The position numbers and the translations under genes are program-made. A stretch of DNA of 64,000 nt from NCBI GenBank assembly GCA_965649765.1, contig OZ287748.1, positions 8,246,001 through 8,310,000 on the forward strand. Direction: 5' to 3'. This document shows positions 52,427 to 64,000 of the stretch, piece by piece (position 1 is the first letter of the stretch; every line of letters starts with the position of its first letter). The notes beneath the pieces were generated by a model. That model saw only the letters and a list, made by a program, of their open reading frames with translations, did no database searches and had not been told where the DNA came from. This DNA is from Bispira polyomma (lineage: Eukaryota).

Positions 52427-52577
52427 ACATATATTATTTAGTCTACTTGTTCATACACAAGACATAAACCCTTATATGCTTATTGAAGTAGACAGTATGC
52501 TAGCGGATCTATATTCCGATGAAATGTTTGATGAACACAGGGAATATTAAGGATTTGTTGAATATGCGAGATCTCAA

Positions 52578-53343
52578 GCCCCCGTCACACAGACCTTTTG
52601 AAGATCTTCCTTGAAAGGTCTTTAAAGGGATTTGTAAGAGTGGTATGCGACCGGTGGCCAACCCCAAAAAGCTCAAAATATGTGTAACTGCTACCAATAA
52701 GTCTTGCAAAGATCCCAGGGAATCGCTAGTGATCGTGGTTTTTCTTTGATTTTAAGGTAGCAGCAGCTTTCTAACTGGTCATGGGCGCTGTGTGACTGGG
52801 GCTTTATGAGACCCAAACGTCAGCAGTACAGCCTGCTTGTTGCAGGTAGTTGCAGAGTAGTTGTTTAGTTCTCACACCAGTGGCATACCAATGGCATATC
52901 GACAAACACTAACAAACACTAACAGTAGATTCTTGTGACACTGATCTGGAATTGATCCACAACCATTATTGGGCAGTCAGTGACTAACTCATCGCTGTCC
53001 ACCAACTTACAACACAAACAATATCTTTTCTTTATGACAGTGCTCGGGGATCAATCCCCAACAAATGGGGTATTACTGGCACAAAGTATAACAAGTCTTC
53101 AATGATCTTTAAAATATTTGACTAAGACGTACAATGGTCTGCAATCTATGTTTAGTCGTGTTACACACTCGCAAGACCTCTGTAAGACCAATCCTTACAA
53201 ATCTGACTGGTTGTCCATAGTCGCCGCCAAATGGTCTTACGATGATTCTGCGACTGGTCGCATAATAATCGGTGACCACATTTCTGTGTGACTGCCACTT
53301 ACGATTTTGGTCAGACCTTCAGGTCTTCGGTCTCATACAGTCT
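52578..53343. mobile_element. Two adjacent MITEs (AGCCCC..TCACAC/GTGTGACTGGGGCT and ATGAGACC/GGTCTCAT termini)
   Basis: Inverted termini at ~52578/52802 and ~52800/53343. Confidence 0.5.
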
Positions 53344-55929
53344 TTGATGTTCTTGATTAATATGAGGATGTAGATGATCTTTAAAAGTTCTTATCTCTGT
53401 GTGACTCGGACTTTTAAAGACAGTAGATTTAGCTGAAGAAATTAATACCATGTTACCACTGCTCTGTACAAAATAGTGTTAAATGGACAACCTTAATTAG
53501 TTTGTTCTTACACTGTGAAACCACTTTGTGCTAGTCCTTGTTCCTTTAGCTTAGGCTTCCATGGCGCCGATTTCGATGTCTGTAGATTGCATATATGTGT
53601 ATCGATTCGATCAAGTTTTTTTTATTAAAGATGTCAAGTTGATTTATGCGTCCATGCAGCTGATAAACAGACACTAAAATCTGGCACAATAATGCTAAAC
53701 TGTTTACATATATATTGACTAATCTGAGTTCCTTTGTCAAGGAATCACTGTCAATTTCAGTATCTTACAATAGAATCATTCTTACAAAAACAATGTAGAT
53801 AACACAGTGTGTTTGTCAAGTAAAACCTTCTTTTTTTATCGCTATTGTGTGGACTTTTCTAAGGAAGCAGTGCTTTAGATTTTCTTGATAGATGTATTTT
53901 TTTTCTCTGTTTCCTCCTTTAGAGATCTATATACGCAGAACAAAATCATTGTTGGCAGCAATAATCTGCTTTTTCAGCTGAAAACAAATGGCGCTATTGT
54001 ATTGAAAACTAACAGGAAATAGACTACACCTCCTCCCCCGACCCCTACATTGTTTTGGCTTGAAAAGACCTGAACACAAGGAAATACCAAGAAACACTTA
54101 AAGAACAAGCAGGGGCAATGCTCTGAATAAAGCACCTTGTTTATTTAAAAGAATACAAAATACAGACAGATACAGGAAACATTAGTATTGTTAATGCCCT
54201 TGCTAACCGGCTCCGGTGCGGTACAATCCGAACAATTACGTTTGATACGATCAGACCATTTCGGATAGTGCTTTCCCACTGGATCCGATACTGGCTATGT
54301 GATAATGTCATATATTAAAATATTTAAAGATAAAAAATAATGTGTATTTTAAGTATTTTAATAATGAAAATCAAAAGCAATTGATTAGTGGAGTGTAGAC
54401 ACCATAATATCAGCAAGTGCACTTGTGTTTAAAAATTCAAATTTTGCTATACATTGATTATTCCTAATTGGGTTAATGGTCAGTATTACTAACTGATTAA
54501 GTTTAGGGACAGACACAATAAAATCTGCAAGTATTTGCAGTTGAAAGTTGCACTCATAGTTGAAAGTGCACTTATGTTTAAAACTTCATATTTTACTAGC
54601 TATATTGTATGTGGGGGTTATGTTGATTGAGTTTGGGTGCTTAACTACTAACTGGGTTTCATGGACCTGACTTGATATTACATTAATTACTAACTGGGTG
54701 TTACTGGCTTAAATATTCTTGATTGGATATTACACTAACTGCTAACTTTGTGTCATGGGCTTGAATATTCCTAGATATATCTTATACTAATAGATTATAA
54801 TAGGTTGATTGTCTGTATCATTTGATCTGCGTATTTCCACTACATTTCTGAGATTTTTACAACATAATTTCACAAAATAGAATTGTGTTCCATGATAGTG
54901 TTTTGCAAACTATATTTAAGCATCACAACGTCTGGAAAATATATTATCTATACTTAATGTGGTAATACTAAATAGAATTTCTGATTTTCAAATTCAACTT
55001 TAATGATTCTAAGGTACATATATTTCTGACTAGAAAAATCATATCTAAAATCTGACATTTTTTTTAAATTTAATGTTAAAAGCTCTGAAAACATGTGTGT
55101 GTGGGTTGCCCTTATTTAATGTAGTCGCACGAAAATACAGCGAACCAAAACAATATGTGTTCTCATACACATTTTAATGCAAATTGAAGTTACTTAGATG
55201 TGAAAGCAATATGAAACCACTCGCCTCGATGGTGCAGCCCTCAGTAGTTCTCGGTTTGCACTAGTCGGCAAACAACTTAAGGACACTTAATTTTTATTAT
55301 TTACATAAATAATGGATCCACAGCGAAATAAATTTTTTTTAAGTTTGACTAGAATGTCTTTTTAAATATTTTAGCACTTTTCTAAAAAGTTAATGGCCAT
55401 ATTGGATGCAGCTTCAGTAAGACTTTCCCTGGGAACCAAAATAGCAATAATTCTAAAGAATTACAAAAGTACCAAATATTTACCACATAGTACATCTTAA
55501 ACAACCATTGTTCAAAAGTGGTTCATTTGTCAAAATGCAAATTCAGCTGGCTGACTGGTTTAGACCAGTTCTTTCCCCCAAAAATTGAAACAGCAGTGCA
55601 TTGTGGGTATTATTGGGTTATCTCACCCTGTGCCACAGAAGTAACATCAGTCTGATCAAATTACTCCAAGGCTTTCTAACTTGATTTGGTCGCTGTTTAA
55701 AACTTGCATGTAGAGCTTTAAAAATTGCCACTTTAATTGTGAGTCTCACTCGTACGAACTAAAATCAAATTTTAGCACAGCTAGACTAGTTTTTGTCTTC
55801 AATTTTAGCAAAGGCTGCAATTATTTTTGGCATAAAAAACATTTAAATATTTTTTTTTTGTCTTTATTAAAGCTAAAGATGAATTTTCCTTGTAAATAAA
55901 CCCAAAATAGAATTTTCTTCAAATAAATA

Positions 55930-56103
55930 CAGTCAAACCCCTTTAAGTAGAACTTTGATAAGTGGAATTAACTGTTAAGTAGAAGTTAATTCAAGGTCCC
56001 TTTGCAATATTTACATTTAATATCTACCCTGTTAAGTAGAATTTCTGTTAAGTAGAACAAATTTATATGGTCCCTTTAGATTCGACTTAACAGGGTTCCA
56101 CTG
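55930..56103. mobile_element. Tc1/mariner-pogo-like MITE, second family (CAGTCAAACCCCTTTAAGT...ACTTAACAGGGTTCCACTG)
   Basis: TA-flanked inverted termini. Related copies at ~10389-10567, 17742-18465 (split by an L2 fragment), 28637-28765 and 45830-45995. Confidence 0.7.
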
Positions 56104-56912
56104 TAGTTATAATTGCTATTCATGACACTTAAGTCCAACCCTTTTTGATTGAAAAAATGTCATTTAATATTTGTAAAAGATAGTCAGCAGCCCTAACTCA
56201 GCTCTCAATCTCAGCTGTCTTTGTAAATTGTGCTCTAGATTTTCCCAGAGTAATGAAGATATTATTCATAGTGACACCCAGAAATGCAAATATCATCCAC
56301 AAATGTAATAGCAATATTTTCCATTTTTTCCCAACTATTCTACAGCCAGTTGTCACAGGAAGTCAATGTACTTCGGGGTATTATTCCCTCAACACTTTCC
56401 CAGTGCAAAAATAAACCCCCCATACAACAAATCCATTACATTATATAGGCTTTTATAAATCACTAGCGACTATTTCACAACAGCAAGTTGCTTGAGTTAA
56501 AATTTGACATTTTAAAACTATTAAACATCAATTTACTTGATTTGTCAATGAAAAAAAATGTTTAACTCACAATGTAGTGATTGATAATCTCTAATTTATG
56601 TTCAACATCTGACTAATTTACTGCTAAACAGTAAAAAATATTTGGTCGAAATCAACTATTTCACTAAGCCTTAAGGCTTGGAACAATTTTATTAGAATTC
56701 ATATCGCTGATGGTTACTTTCTAATTCATAGGTGAATGTGTATCTAACATTTGCACTTTTAAGATTAATGTTCTCCACGCAACCCCCACTTTTAAGTCAA
56801 TGTAGTTCAGCATATAAGAAAAAAAGGATACCATAACTTATTTGACCAAAACACCCTTTTCTTGTAGTTGTTTTAGGAATGGGGCAAGTACTGATATAAG
56901 TACAAATTAAGA

Positions 56913-57027
56913 ACAGGGCCTGTATTCACGAAGGGACTTAGCCAAGTCTTAGGCTTAAATGTAGCACGAAAGTATACAGATTTAAGCCTAAGACTTGGCT
57001 AAGTCCCTTCGTGAATACGGGCCCTGT
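56913..57027. mobile_element. Tiny hairpin MITE (PIF/Harbinger-like GGCCCGTATTC termini in CWG context)
   Basis: 48-bp arms (56913-56960 and 56980-57027) with one mismatch and a 19-nt spacer. Similar termini at ~19096-19339, 36950-37175, 48268-48524 and 11530. Confidence 0.85.
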
Positions 57028-59585
57028 AGTACTATATTAGTTTTTTCCAGATCTGCACCAAAACTTAATGGTTACTTAATATATAGTATATTTTGAAGTA
57101 CTGTAGATCTAAAAGGTAAATACCTAAAAAAGTACACGGTATATTATTCTTCCCTTAATGTTTGCTTTGAGTACTTTTAGGGATACCATTACCAAAGCTT
57201 GGTTCACCCATATCAATTCTTACACAAGATGATGATGTAACATAGGCAATAGGGGTCATCCATCTTATTATGGGAACAAATGGATAACTTTCAAACCAAA
57301 TTAAGCTGTTTCCCCACTCCCCCCCCCCCCCCCCCCCCCCGCCAAAGAAAAAAATCCCCCAAACTGCACACAGGCAATCGAGTTTGGCTGTAATTGTGAT
57401 AAATATGAGGAAAAATGCTGTCTCTGTGTTTGCTCCTTCTGGGAGAAGAACATTTGCAGCATATTCATCTCCCAACCTTAACCACTGACTGTGACCCCAT
57501 TATTTTCTTTTGGACTTATATAGGCAATAAAGCATGTCAAACATGTGAAGAGAATTTCTGTATTTTTGTAAAATTCACCTAAAAAGCTTTGTTAATTGAA
57601 ATATTTATATTATGTAATATATTATATACAAGTGTCACCAAATATAAATACCTTTTTATTGTTTTTTGTTTGTATTGATTATTAAGCTTTTTACAAGGCT
57701 GCAGGTGTGGATTGTAGAACATAATAATTTTTTTTTTTGTATTACATTTACAACACTTGATTACTTCCAGTAAAATACCTGTCTCTCTGTACAGAGAGAT
57801 TCATTATATGCTCTATTTTATAGAATGTATAAACTTATTTAAACTAGGCAGATTCAAACCGATATAATAGTCTATTATTATAATGGCTTCAACAAACTGT
57901 TATAAAATTGTAAAATCATTCAATAACATATAAGAAATTTGTTTTCTGAGATCAATATTTTGTTTATTTACATAAAAATACTTTGATTTTTATGTGCTGT
58001 TTGAATTCTTTACTTATATTGAGGCCTGTTTACCAATGTTTTTTACAGCAAAAACAGACACTACATTGTCATTGATCTGCTTAAGCACTTTAGGCTTTTT
58101 CTTGTGTTTTCTAGAGACTGGGGTATTTTATTACTGTTAAAAAAGTGTTGTTTGTTTTTTGTTTCAGTGAGAAATAAAGAGGTCAATTTTTTTTCCTTTC
58201 CTTATAGGATTTATGCTATTGTTTTGATTGTGTTTTATTTGCTTTTCAGAAATGTTATCGAACCACTTGTAGTAATTGAGCTCCCCATAGTAGTAACCCA
58301 GTTGAGCTGCAACAATTCAGAATTAAAAGATGAACTGTCTCAACTATCACTGGTATAGACAACTGTAATAGCTTTATCACAGAATCAAACAGTCTGACGC
58401 TAATCAAAGTAATTGTTTAACCCAATAAAGTGGCCTATCTGTGGCCTAAAAGGTATAACACACCCATTCTCAGGAATTCATAAGATCTGGGTTCGATACC
58501 CTAACCTGAGGGACCTATATGTACACAGGCAGTTAGATACACAGTGGCTCAGATGATCACTTCAAATGTCGGTCCTCTGATATTGGGTCCTGTCCCCAGT
58601 ATCAGGCTAAAGAACCTTGGGGGACATTGATAAATACTCATCCTCAAGCCTCTCTCTTCTAATATATACAACCAACTGTCATTGCCCTGACTTTGGCCCA
58701 TGCTCTAGCCCTCCACCAAATTTGATAAAACTGGTTTTTGTGTGATGCAGGTGACAAAGAAACAAACCAATGGACAAAGATAAAAACATAACCTCCTTGA
58801 CGGACGTAATAACTTCTGGACTGGGGTATTACAGCAGGACCTTTATTATCCAAACATGTTGGGAGGCCAAGATTTTGTTCTGATAATAAAAGGTTCATGA
58901 AATAGAAGAAGCATACCTGTACAAAAACATGAATGTGAGAGACTTAAAAGGACGTCATAAAATCCCAATATTCGTATAATGGATGTTCGGATAATAGAGT
59001 TTCTACTGTACTTATCATATACTGGCTCCATATAATCAGAAATCCTTTTGTCACTGGATACTGCTATCACTGTGGCTAAGTCCCTAGTAAGTAGCCGTCT
59101 TGACTACTGCAATTCCCTTCTGTTTGGGGTAAAAAAGTCTCTCATGCACAAGTTATTCAACTATATAGGTAGAAACATTTTTTGGTCATTTTGGGTACCA
59201 GTGTACTGATGTCTGTCCATACCTCAAAACATTACATTAACAACCTACTAAGATGGCTAGATCTAGAGCTTTTTAAACTGCCCTATGTTTATAGAATAGT
59301 CTCTCGACATTTATCATTGGAAGCACCTTCTGGGTTCAGGAAAAACTTTAAACCTATACAGACACACAAACTCACGCACATCTCACAATGTACATAAAAG
59401 TTGAGACAGTACATAAAAGGGGAGACAGACAAAATACAAACTATTTTCTCTGTTAATAGAAGTTATATTACATTTTTACCCCAAAAAAGTTAAATCTTGG
59501 TAATCATGACTTAGAGATGAAAATACAATATTTTTTCTCTAAAAATAGTACTTACATTACACTTCACTAAAAAAAATTCAATCTT

Positions 59586-59677
59586 GGGTTACTTTTGTCC
59601 TAGGCCTGATTTATTTGGGTTACTTTTGTTCCGGTTACTTTTGTCTTGGTTACTTATGTCCCGGTTACTTTTGTCCT
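59586..59677. repeat. ~15-bp GGTTACTTTTGTCC short repeat cluster
   Basis: Six imperfect copies, probably subterminal repeats of a DNA transposon remnant. Confidence 0.8.
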
Positions 59678-60480
59678 ACACCCACATAAAAGAACCCTAA
59701 GCATAAGACAAACAAACTTGAGTTAAATGTCATGTGTGTTGTTTATTCATTGTTGTAATTATTTTATAATGTGACATTGTGTATTGTTTACTATATTTAT
59801 TTGAGAAGATAAACAAATGAAGAAAAGGTATAACATCTGTCTAAATTTTCCCCCTATCACTTGTCTTTTACTGCCACCCATCTTCACCCCCAACATGGTG
59901 AATAACCTTGACCTGTCACAATGAAATAGTGGTTAAAATTGAGCATTTCTTATGCATAACATTTTGAAAGGAAGCATGGAGATGGGAGGATTGATGGTGA
60001 TAGTAAAGGGCAGATGATTTTTTGCTGTCAGTTGTGTCAAGAACGTTTCTGTTTTTTCTTTACACAAACCACTTTACGCTGCAATCTCTATGCTAGCAGA
60101 GAATAACTGACAACATAAATATGCCCAGAATTAAGAGGTCCCTGGACAGAAACTGAGGCTTGTTGCAATACAAATTGTATAAGACAAGAAGGATATGGTT
60201 TTGCAAGTGTGATATTCACAGATTTACATTTTTTGTAAGAGTGATACACAGTAGAACCTTTATTATCTGTACGTGCTGAGAAAATAATCTTTTGTTCAGA
60301 TACTGCAAGATTCATAAAGCACGAGATGCACCTTTGTGTAAAACAAGCGCCTTGAGCATGCCCAAAATTCCGCCTTGCAGGCCGACTATAGAAGGTTCGG
60401 GAAAGAAGCTGAAGAATGGCTCCCGAATCTGAGGTGACGTCAGCCAGGTGAGTTACAAGGCAATTTCCATAAGATCTCTT

Positions 60481-60650
60481 ACTGCCTATACCGTCAAAGT
60501 GTGGACCCCACAGAATAAATAAATACGATAGTTGATGTACTGCCTATACCGTCAAAATGTGAACCCCACAGATAAATAAATAAGATAGTTAATGAACTGC
60601 CTATACGGTCAAAGTGTGAACCCCACGTAATCAATAAATAGGATAATTAA
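60481..60650. repeat. 57-58-bp tandem repeat, 3 copies
   Basis: ACTGCCTATAC(C/G)GTCAAA at 60481, 60539 and 60596. Confidence 0.9.
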
Positions 60651-61779
60651 TAGTTAATATAAGATAGTTAATGCACCATAAACCAGTCCATTCCAATTTC
60701 CAATCTGGACATTTTTTCATCACAATTAAGATGCTTTATACATACATGAAAATGCGAATACAAACTTTACAATTTTGAAATCGAAATGTTAGTTACTAAA
60801 ATACACTTTTTGGTGAGAGATAAGTGCTCTCAAATGTTTTTAAAGTAATTTGATATCAAAGGCCTCGTTAATTAGCCTCGTTACAATTTAAAAATATACC
60901 ATACTACCATAGTGTGAGAATCTGTTTATTATACGGAGACAGCATTTATTATCAAATAGAGTTGTCAAATATGTTGCTACATGTACATAGATATAGAATC
61001 TACAGTACTCCAGAGGGCAGAAAGAAATCCATATTGCCCTGGGCTATATATATATATTTATATATACCACCAATTATAAACATTGCCTTGTGACCTTTTT
61101 AATACATGTTTAGTACAACCTCTATTGTCTAATCATGTGGGGAGGGAAGATTTTGTTTGGATAAGAGAAGGTTAATGACATAAAAGAAGTCGAAATAGAA
61201 GAAATTAAATAAGTATGGTTCAAAATGAGAATAGGAAAATATAAATTTGGGAGAGTGGAAATGTGTTCATAAAATCAAATATTTAGATAATATAAGTTTG
61301 AATAAAGGAGGTTCTACTGCAGTTTGAATGGTAAGTGTAACCTTGTCTTTAGTATTCATATAAATGTCTTTATATAGCAGAAGTGGACGTCATTGTAACA
61401 GTTAACACATCATGTATCACAAAGAAAGTATTCACAAGTCTATTGTGGTGATAGTAGTGCTATCTAGGCACAGGTAAAAACACAGGAAAATAGGGCATAA
61501 ACTAACCTTAGTTATACATTTAGTAGTAAATTAAATGGGGCGAATAGACCTGGCCGATTTTGCTTCCGAATCTGTCATTCAACGTCTGTTTCCGTCATCC
61601 AAAATGCTGTATGTATATCTATACAAACTCCCTCATTAGAGAGACTACCAGGAGCATGTCATAATAATAAGAAGCATTAATCATTTGATATACTTATTAG
61701 TGCACTTATGAACATCACTGTTATCTAATGGACTTTGACATTATACCCCAGCCTGTATGAGTCCTTCCACTTGTCATCA

Positions 61780-61960
61780 ACCAATTGTTTAGTCTCCGCT
61801 CCCTCAGGAAGCATACTATCCATGCTGCCACATACAGCGCACAAAGACTAACACCCATTAGCAACCAGGTACCCATTTATACACCTGGGTAGAGAGGGAC
61901 AACTTTATGCAAAATACCTTGTCCAATATGGTATAATCACCAGGCCAGCAGCGAGGATCG
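61780..61960 (-). mobile_element. SINE fragment (family C) nested in the 61537-62168 MITE
   Basis: On -, TTGGACAAGG...TTGTCCCTCTCTACCCAGGTGTATAAATGGGTACCTGG, resembling a conserved metazoan SINE central domain (Meta-type, from memory). Confidence 0.5.
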
Positions 61961-62640
61961 TCATATCATTATGTCTTATTGCTACTAAAAACCCTGGGAC
62001 AGTAGTTGGATATCTAAAAAAAATCGGCTCCCGAATCTGAGATGGCGTCGGCCAGGTGTATTCTACTTCTCTATATCTTGATATTTTTATTTATTTATTT
62101 TTTTTTATGACGGAAACGGACGTCGGATGATGAATTTAGAAGCAAAAACAGACAGGTGTATTCGGCCTTAAGGCATTGTGTACAATATTCAGATACCTTT
62201 ATGCCTAGGTCACACATTTCCGATTTTTTTGTTTCGTTTACCGCCACCTAGGGGGGACTGCTAAGTACTAAACCTCACCATCGTAAATAATTACGAGTTT
62301 TAGAAGATAGCATCTCGTAGTAACAGGACGTCTCCAACCGTATGACACAGAAAGCTAAGGCAGTACTATTTATGTTGTATATTTATGTTTACACAGCTGT
62401 ATACAATAAACAGGTACTTTATACTAAAACATTGTGTCTATCGTCCCACAATCTACAATGGCAGCCTTCAACACTTTAACAGGATGAATATGAAACAATG
62501 TGTGATAATGTGTGCAACATCTTGATCTGCCTATTCCTATATGACATTAGTTTCAACATTCCGACCCAAAATAACCATATTTTGTAGATGATTTGAAATG
62601 CCACTTTCAACCATCAAGGTATCTGGATGGCTGCAGTTGT

Positions 62641-62832
62641 ATGAGTATAATGATAATAGAGTATCATAATGACCTCGGAATTGACCAATGAGTATAACGA
62701 TAATAGAGTATCATAATGACCTAGGAATTAACCAACGAGTATAATGATAATAGAGTATCATAATGACCTAGGAATTTACCAATGAGTATAATGATAATAG
62801 AGTATCATAATGACCTAGGAATTAACCAATGA
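62641..62832. repeat. 47-bp tandem repeat, 4 copies
   Basis: Units of ATGAGTATAATGATAATAGAGTATCATAATGACCTAGGAATT..CCA. Confidence 0.92.
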
Positions 62833-64000
62833 AAAACCAATGACATTCAGAGACCTTAAAATTTAGATACTGTACAAGGTATCATGGCTTAATATAGTAT
62901 GTCATGTTTGTATGAAAAAAGGCAGTACAGTAAAACCTCTATTATCTGAATGGTCAATCTTTTGAACTTGTATGCATTCTTCTAAAGTTATAGTTTCCTT
63001 TTTTGATTTTATACAGAAATTCCTTTTTCTATTATTTTATGCACTTTCTATTATCCAAACAACATTTTGCTCTCCCCAAATATGTTTGAATAAAAAGAGG
63101 TAAATCTACTGTATTTACAACTCATTATCAGAGTTTTTTATTAACATATGTATGTGTAACACTATCAACACATATGAGTATTACAGTCATCACGTCTGTG
63201 GGCCATTTGTGTGCCATTTTTTTTACAAAAAAAGCTCAGGTTGGCTGAGAAGAAATAACAAAGACGCCAGAAACACATTCTATATAACCAATAATACATG
63301 TGTACAAGCGTCTGATACTGCTAATACCCCTGGACATAAGGATAATGCAATTAGTGGCCTTTCCAAGCCTGACTTTGAATAAATGATTCCTGATCCATTT
63401 TCTATTTCTCACCACCAAAGGGTGTCACTTCTAGGAGGGGAGGGCCCAATTGATAAGATTACTGCTGTTATTGGGTGACCAATACACTTGTATACACAAA
63501 CACTGCTGGTCATATCAAGAACGGCTAAAGGACATCAACTCATTAAGCCCAAAGGACACATGACATCAACTCATTAAACCCATGTCAACCAATACACAGG
63601 CCAAATCTGACCTCTCTTCTTGATATAACAACCGTTATTAAGGTCTTGAAGGGTAAAGCATATACATGGCCTTCTTTAATACGGGGCACTTAATTAGAAC
63701 TGTACCATATGATAGACAGATTAAAGTAAAAGTAGAAACTCTTATCCTCCAAAATTCTGGTAACGAAATGTTTGATTTGACAAACTCATTTCCAATCGCC
63801 CAAATTGCTGTATTTTTATTGATTGATACAAACATTGTTTCTTCCATTTTATGAACCTTGTAATTGTCCAAACAAAATCTTGTTTCCCCCTACACATGTT
63901 TGGATAATTGAGGTTCTAATGTCTGAAAATTCAACTCTTTACTGGGTCATTACAAATCAGCCTGTGTATATGTGTGCAATTAGTTGATTTGCACCCTCCC

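Larger units (their letters stand above)
49437..52476. mobile_element. Non-autonomous Penelope-like/retrozyme-like fold-back insertion
   Basis: 14-bp direct repeat TGCTTATTGAAGTA at 49423-49436 and 52477-52490. Contains a giant inverted repeat, two hammerheads and a GIY-YIG C-terminal stub. Confidence 0.8.
49818..52481. repeat. Giant near-perfect palindrome with arms 49818-51143 and 51156-52481 (1326 bp each) and 12-nt spacer CCTCAGGATTTT
   Basis: Paired coordinates sum to 102299 and the ORF track is mirrored. Two mismatches spotted by eye (50553/51746 and 51081/51218). Confidence 0.98.

Noticed and set aside
49818-52481. Palindrome as a pure assembly or fold-back read artefact
   Set aside because: Unique sequence resumes on both sides, a 14-bp TSD brackets the unit, and the arms differ at two or more sites. 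Not fully excluded without reads.
57155-57475. 106-aa minus-strand ORF, or a candidate upstream serpin exon
   Set aside because: It spans a poly-C run and has no recognisable domain or convincing splice pair. The serpin 5' exon cannot be located from sequence alone.

Overview
AT-rich, repeat-dense eukaryotic DNA. The intron structure and repeat repertoire suggest an invertebrate, plausibly a mollusc or other lophotrochozoan (inference). Two host genes are supported. The first is the last four coding exons of a multi-FAS1 (fasciclin, TGFBI/periostin-like) gene on + (2784-10180). The second is a convergent serpin on - (20066-21358) with an uninterrupted CDS, a Src-like N-myristoylation consensus (MGSITSK) and a degenerate hinge. 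The rest is mostly mobile DNA: two diverged L1/Tx1-type retrotransposons that carry only ORF2 between candidate TSDs (32788-36903, 40611-44897), a solo LTR with a 5-bp TSD (39567-40340), L2 fragments, tRNA-derived SINEs, Helentron-like elements and many MITEs, often nested. The standout is a 3.04-kb insertion (49437-52476) bounded by a 14-bp direct repeat. It contains a near-perfect 2.66-kb palindrome (2 x 1326 bp, 12-nt spacer), a complete type I hammerhead ribozyme in each arm pointing outward, and a Penelope-type GIY-YIG C-terminal stub, but no reverse transcriptase. It reads as a fold-back, non-autonomous Penelope/retrozyme-like element. All calls were made by eye without database searches.
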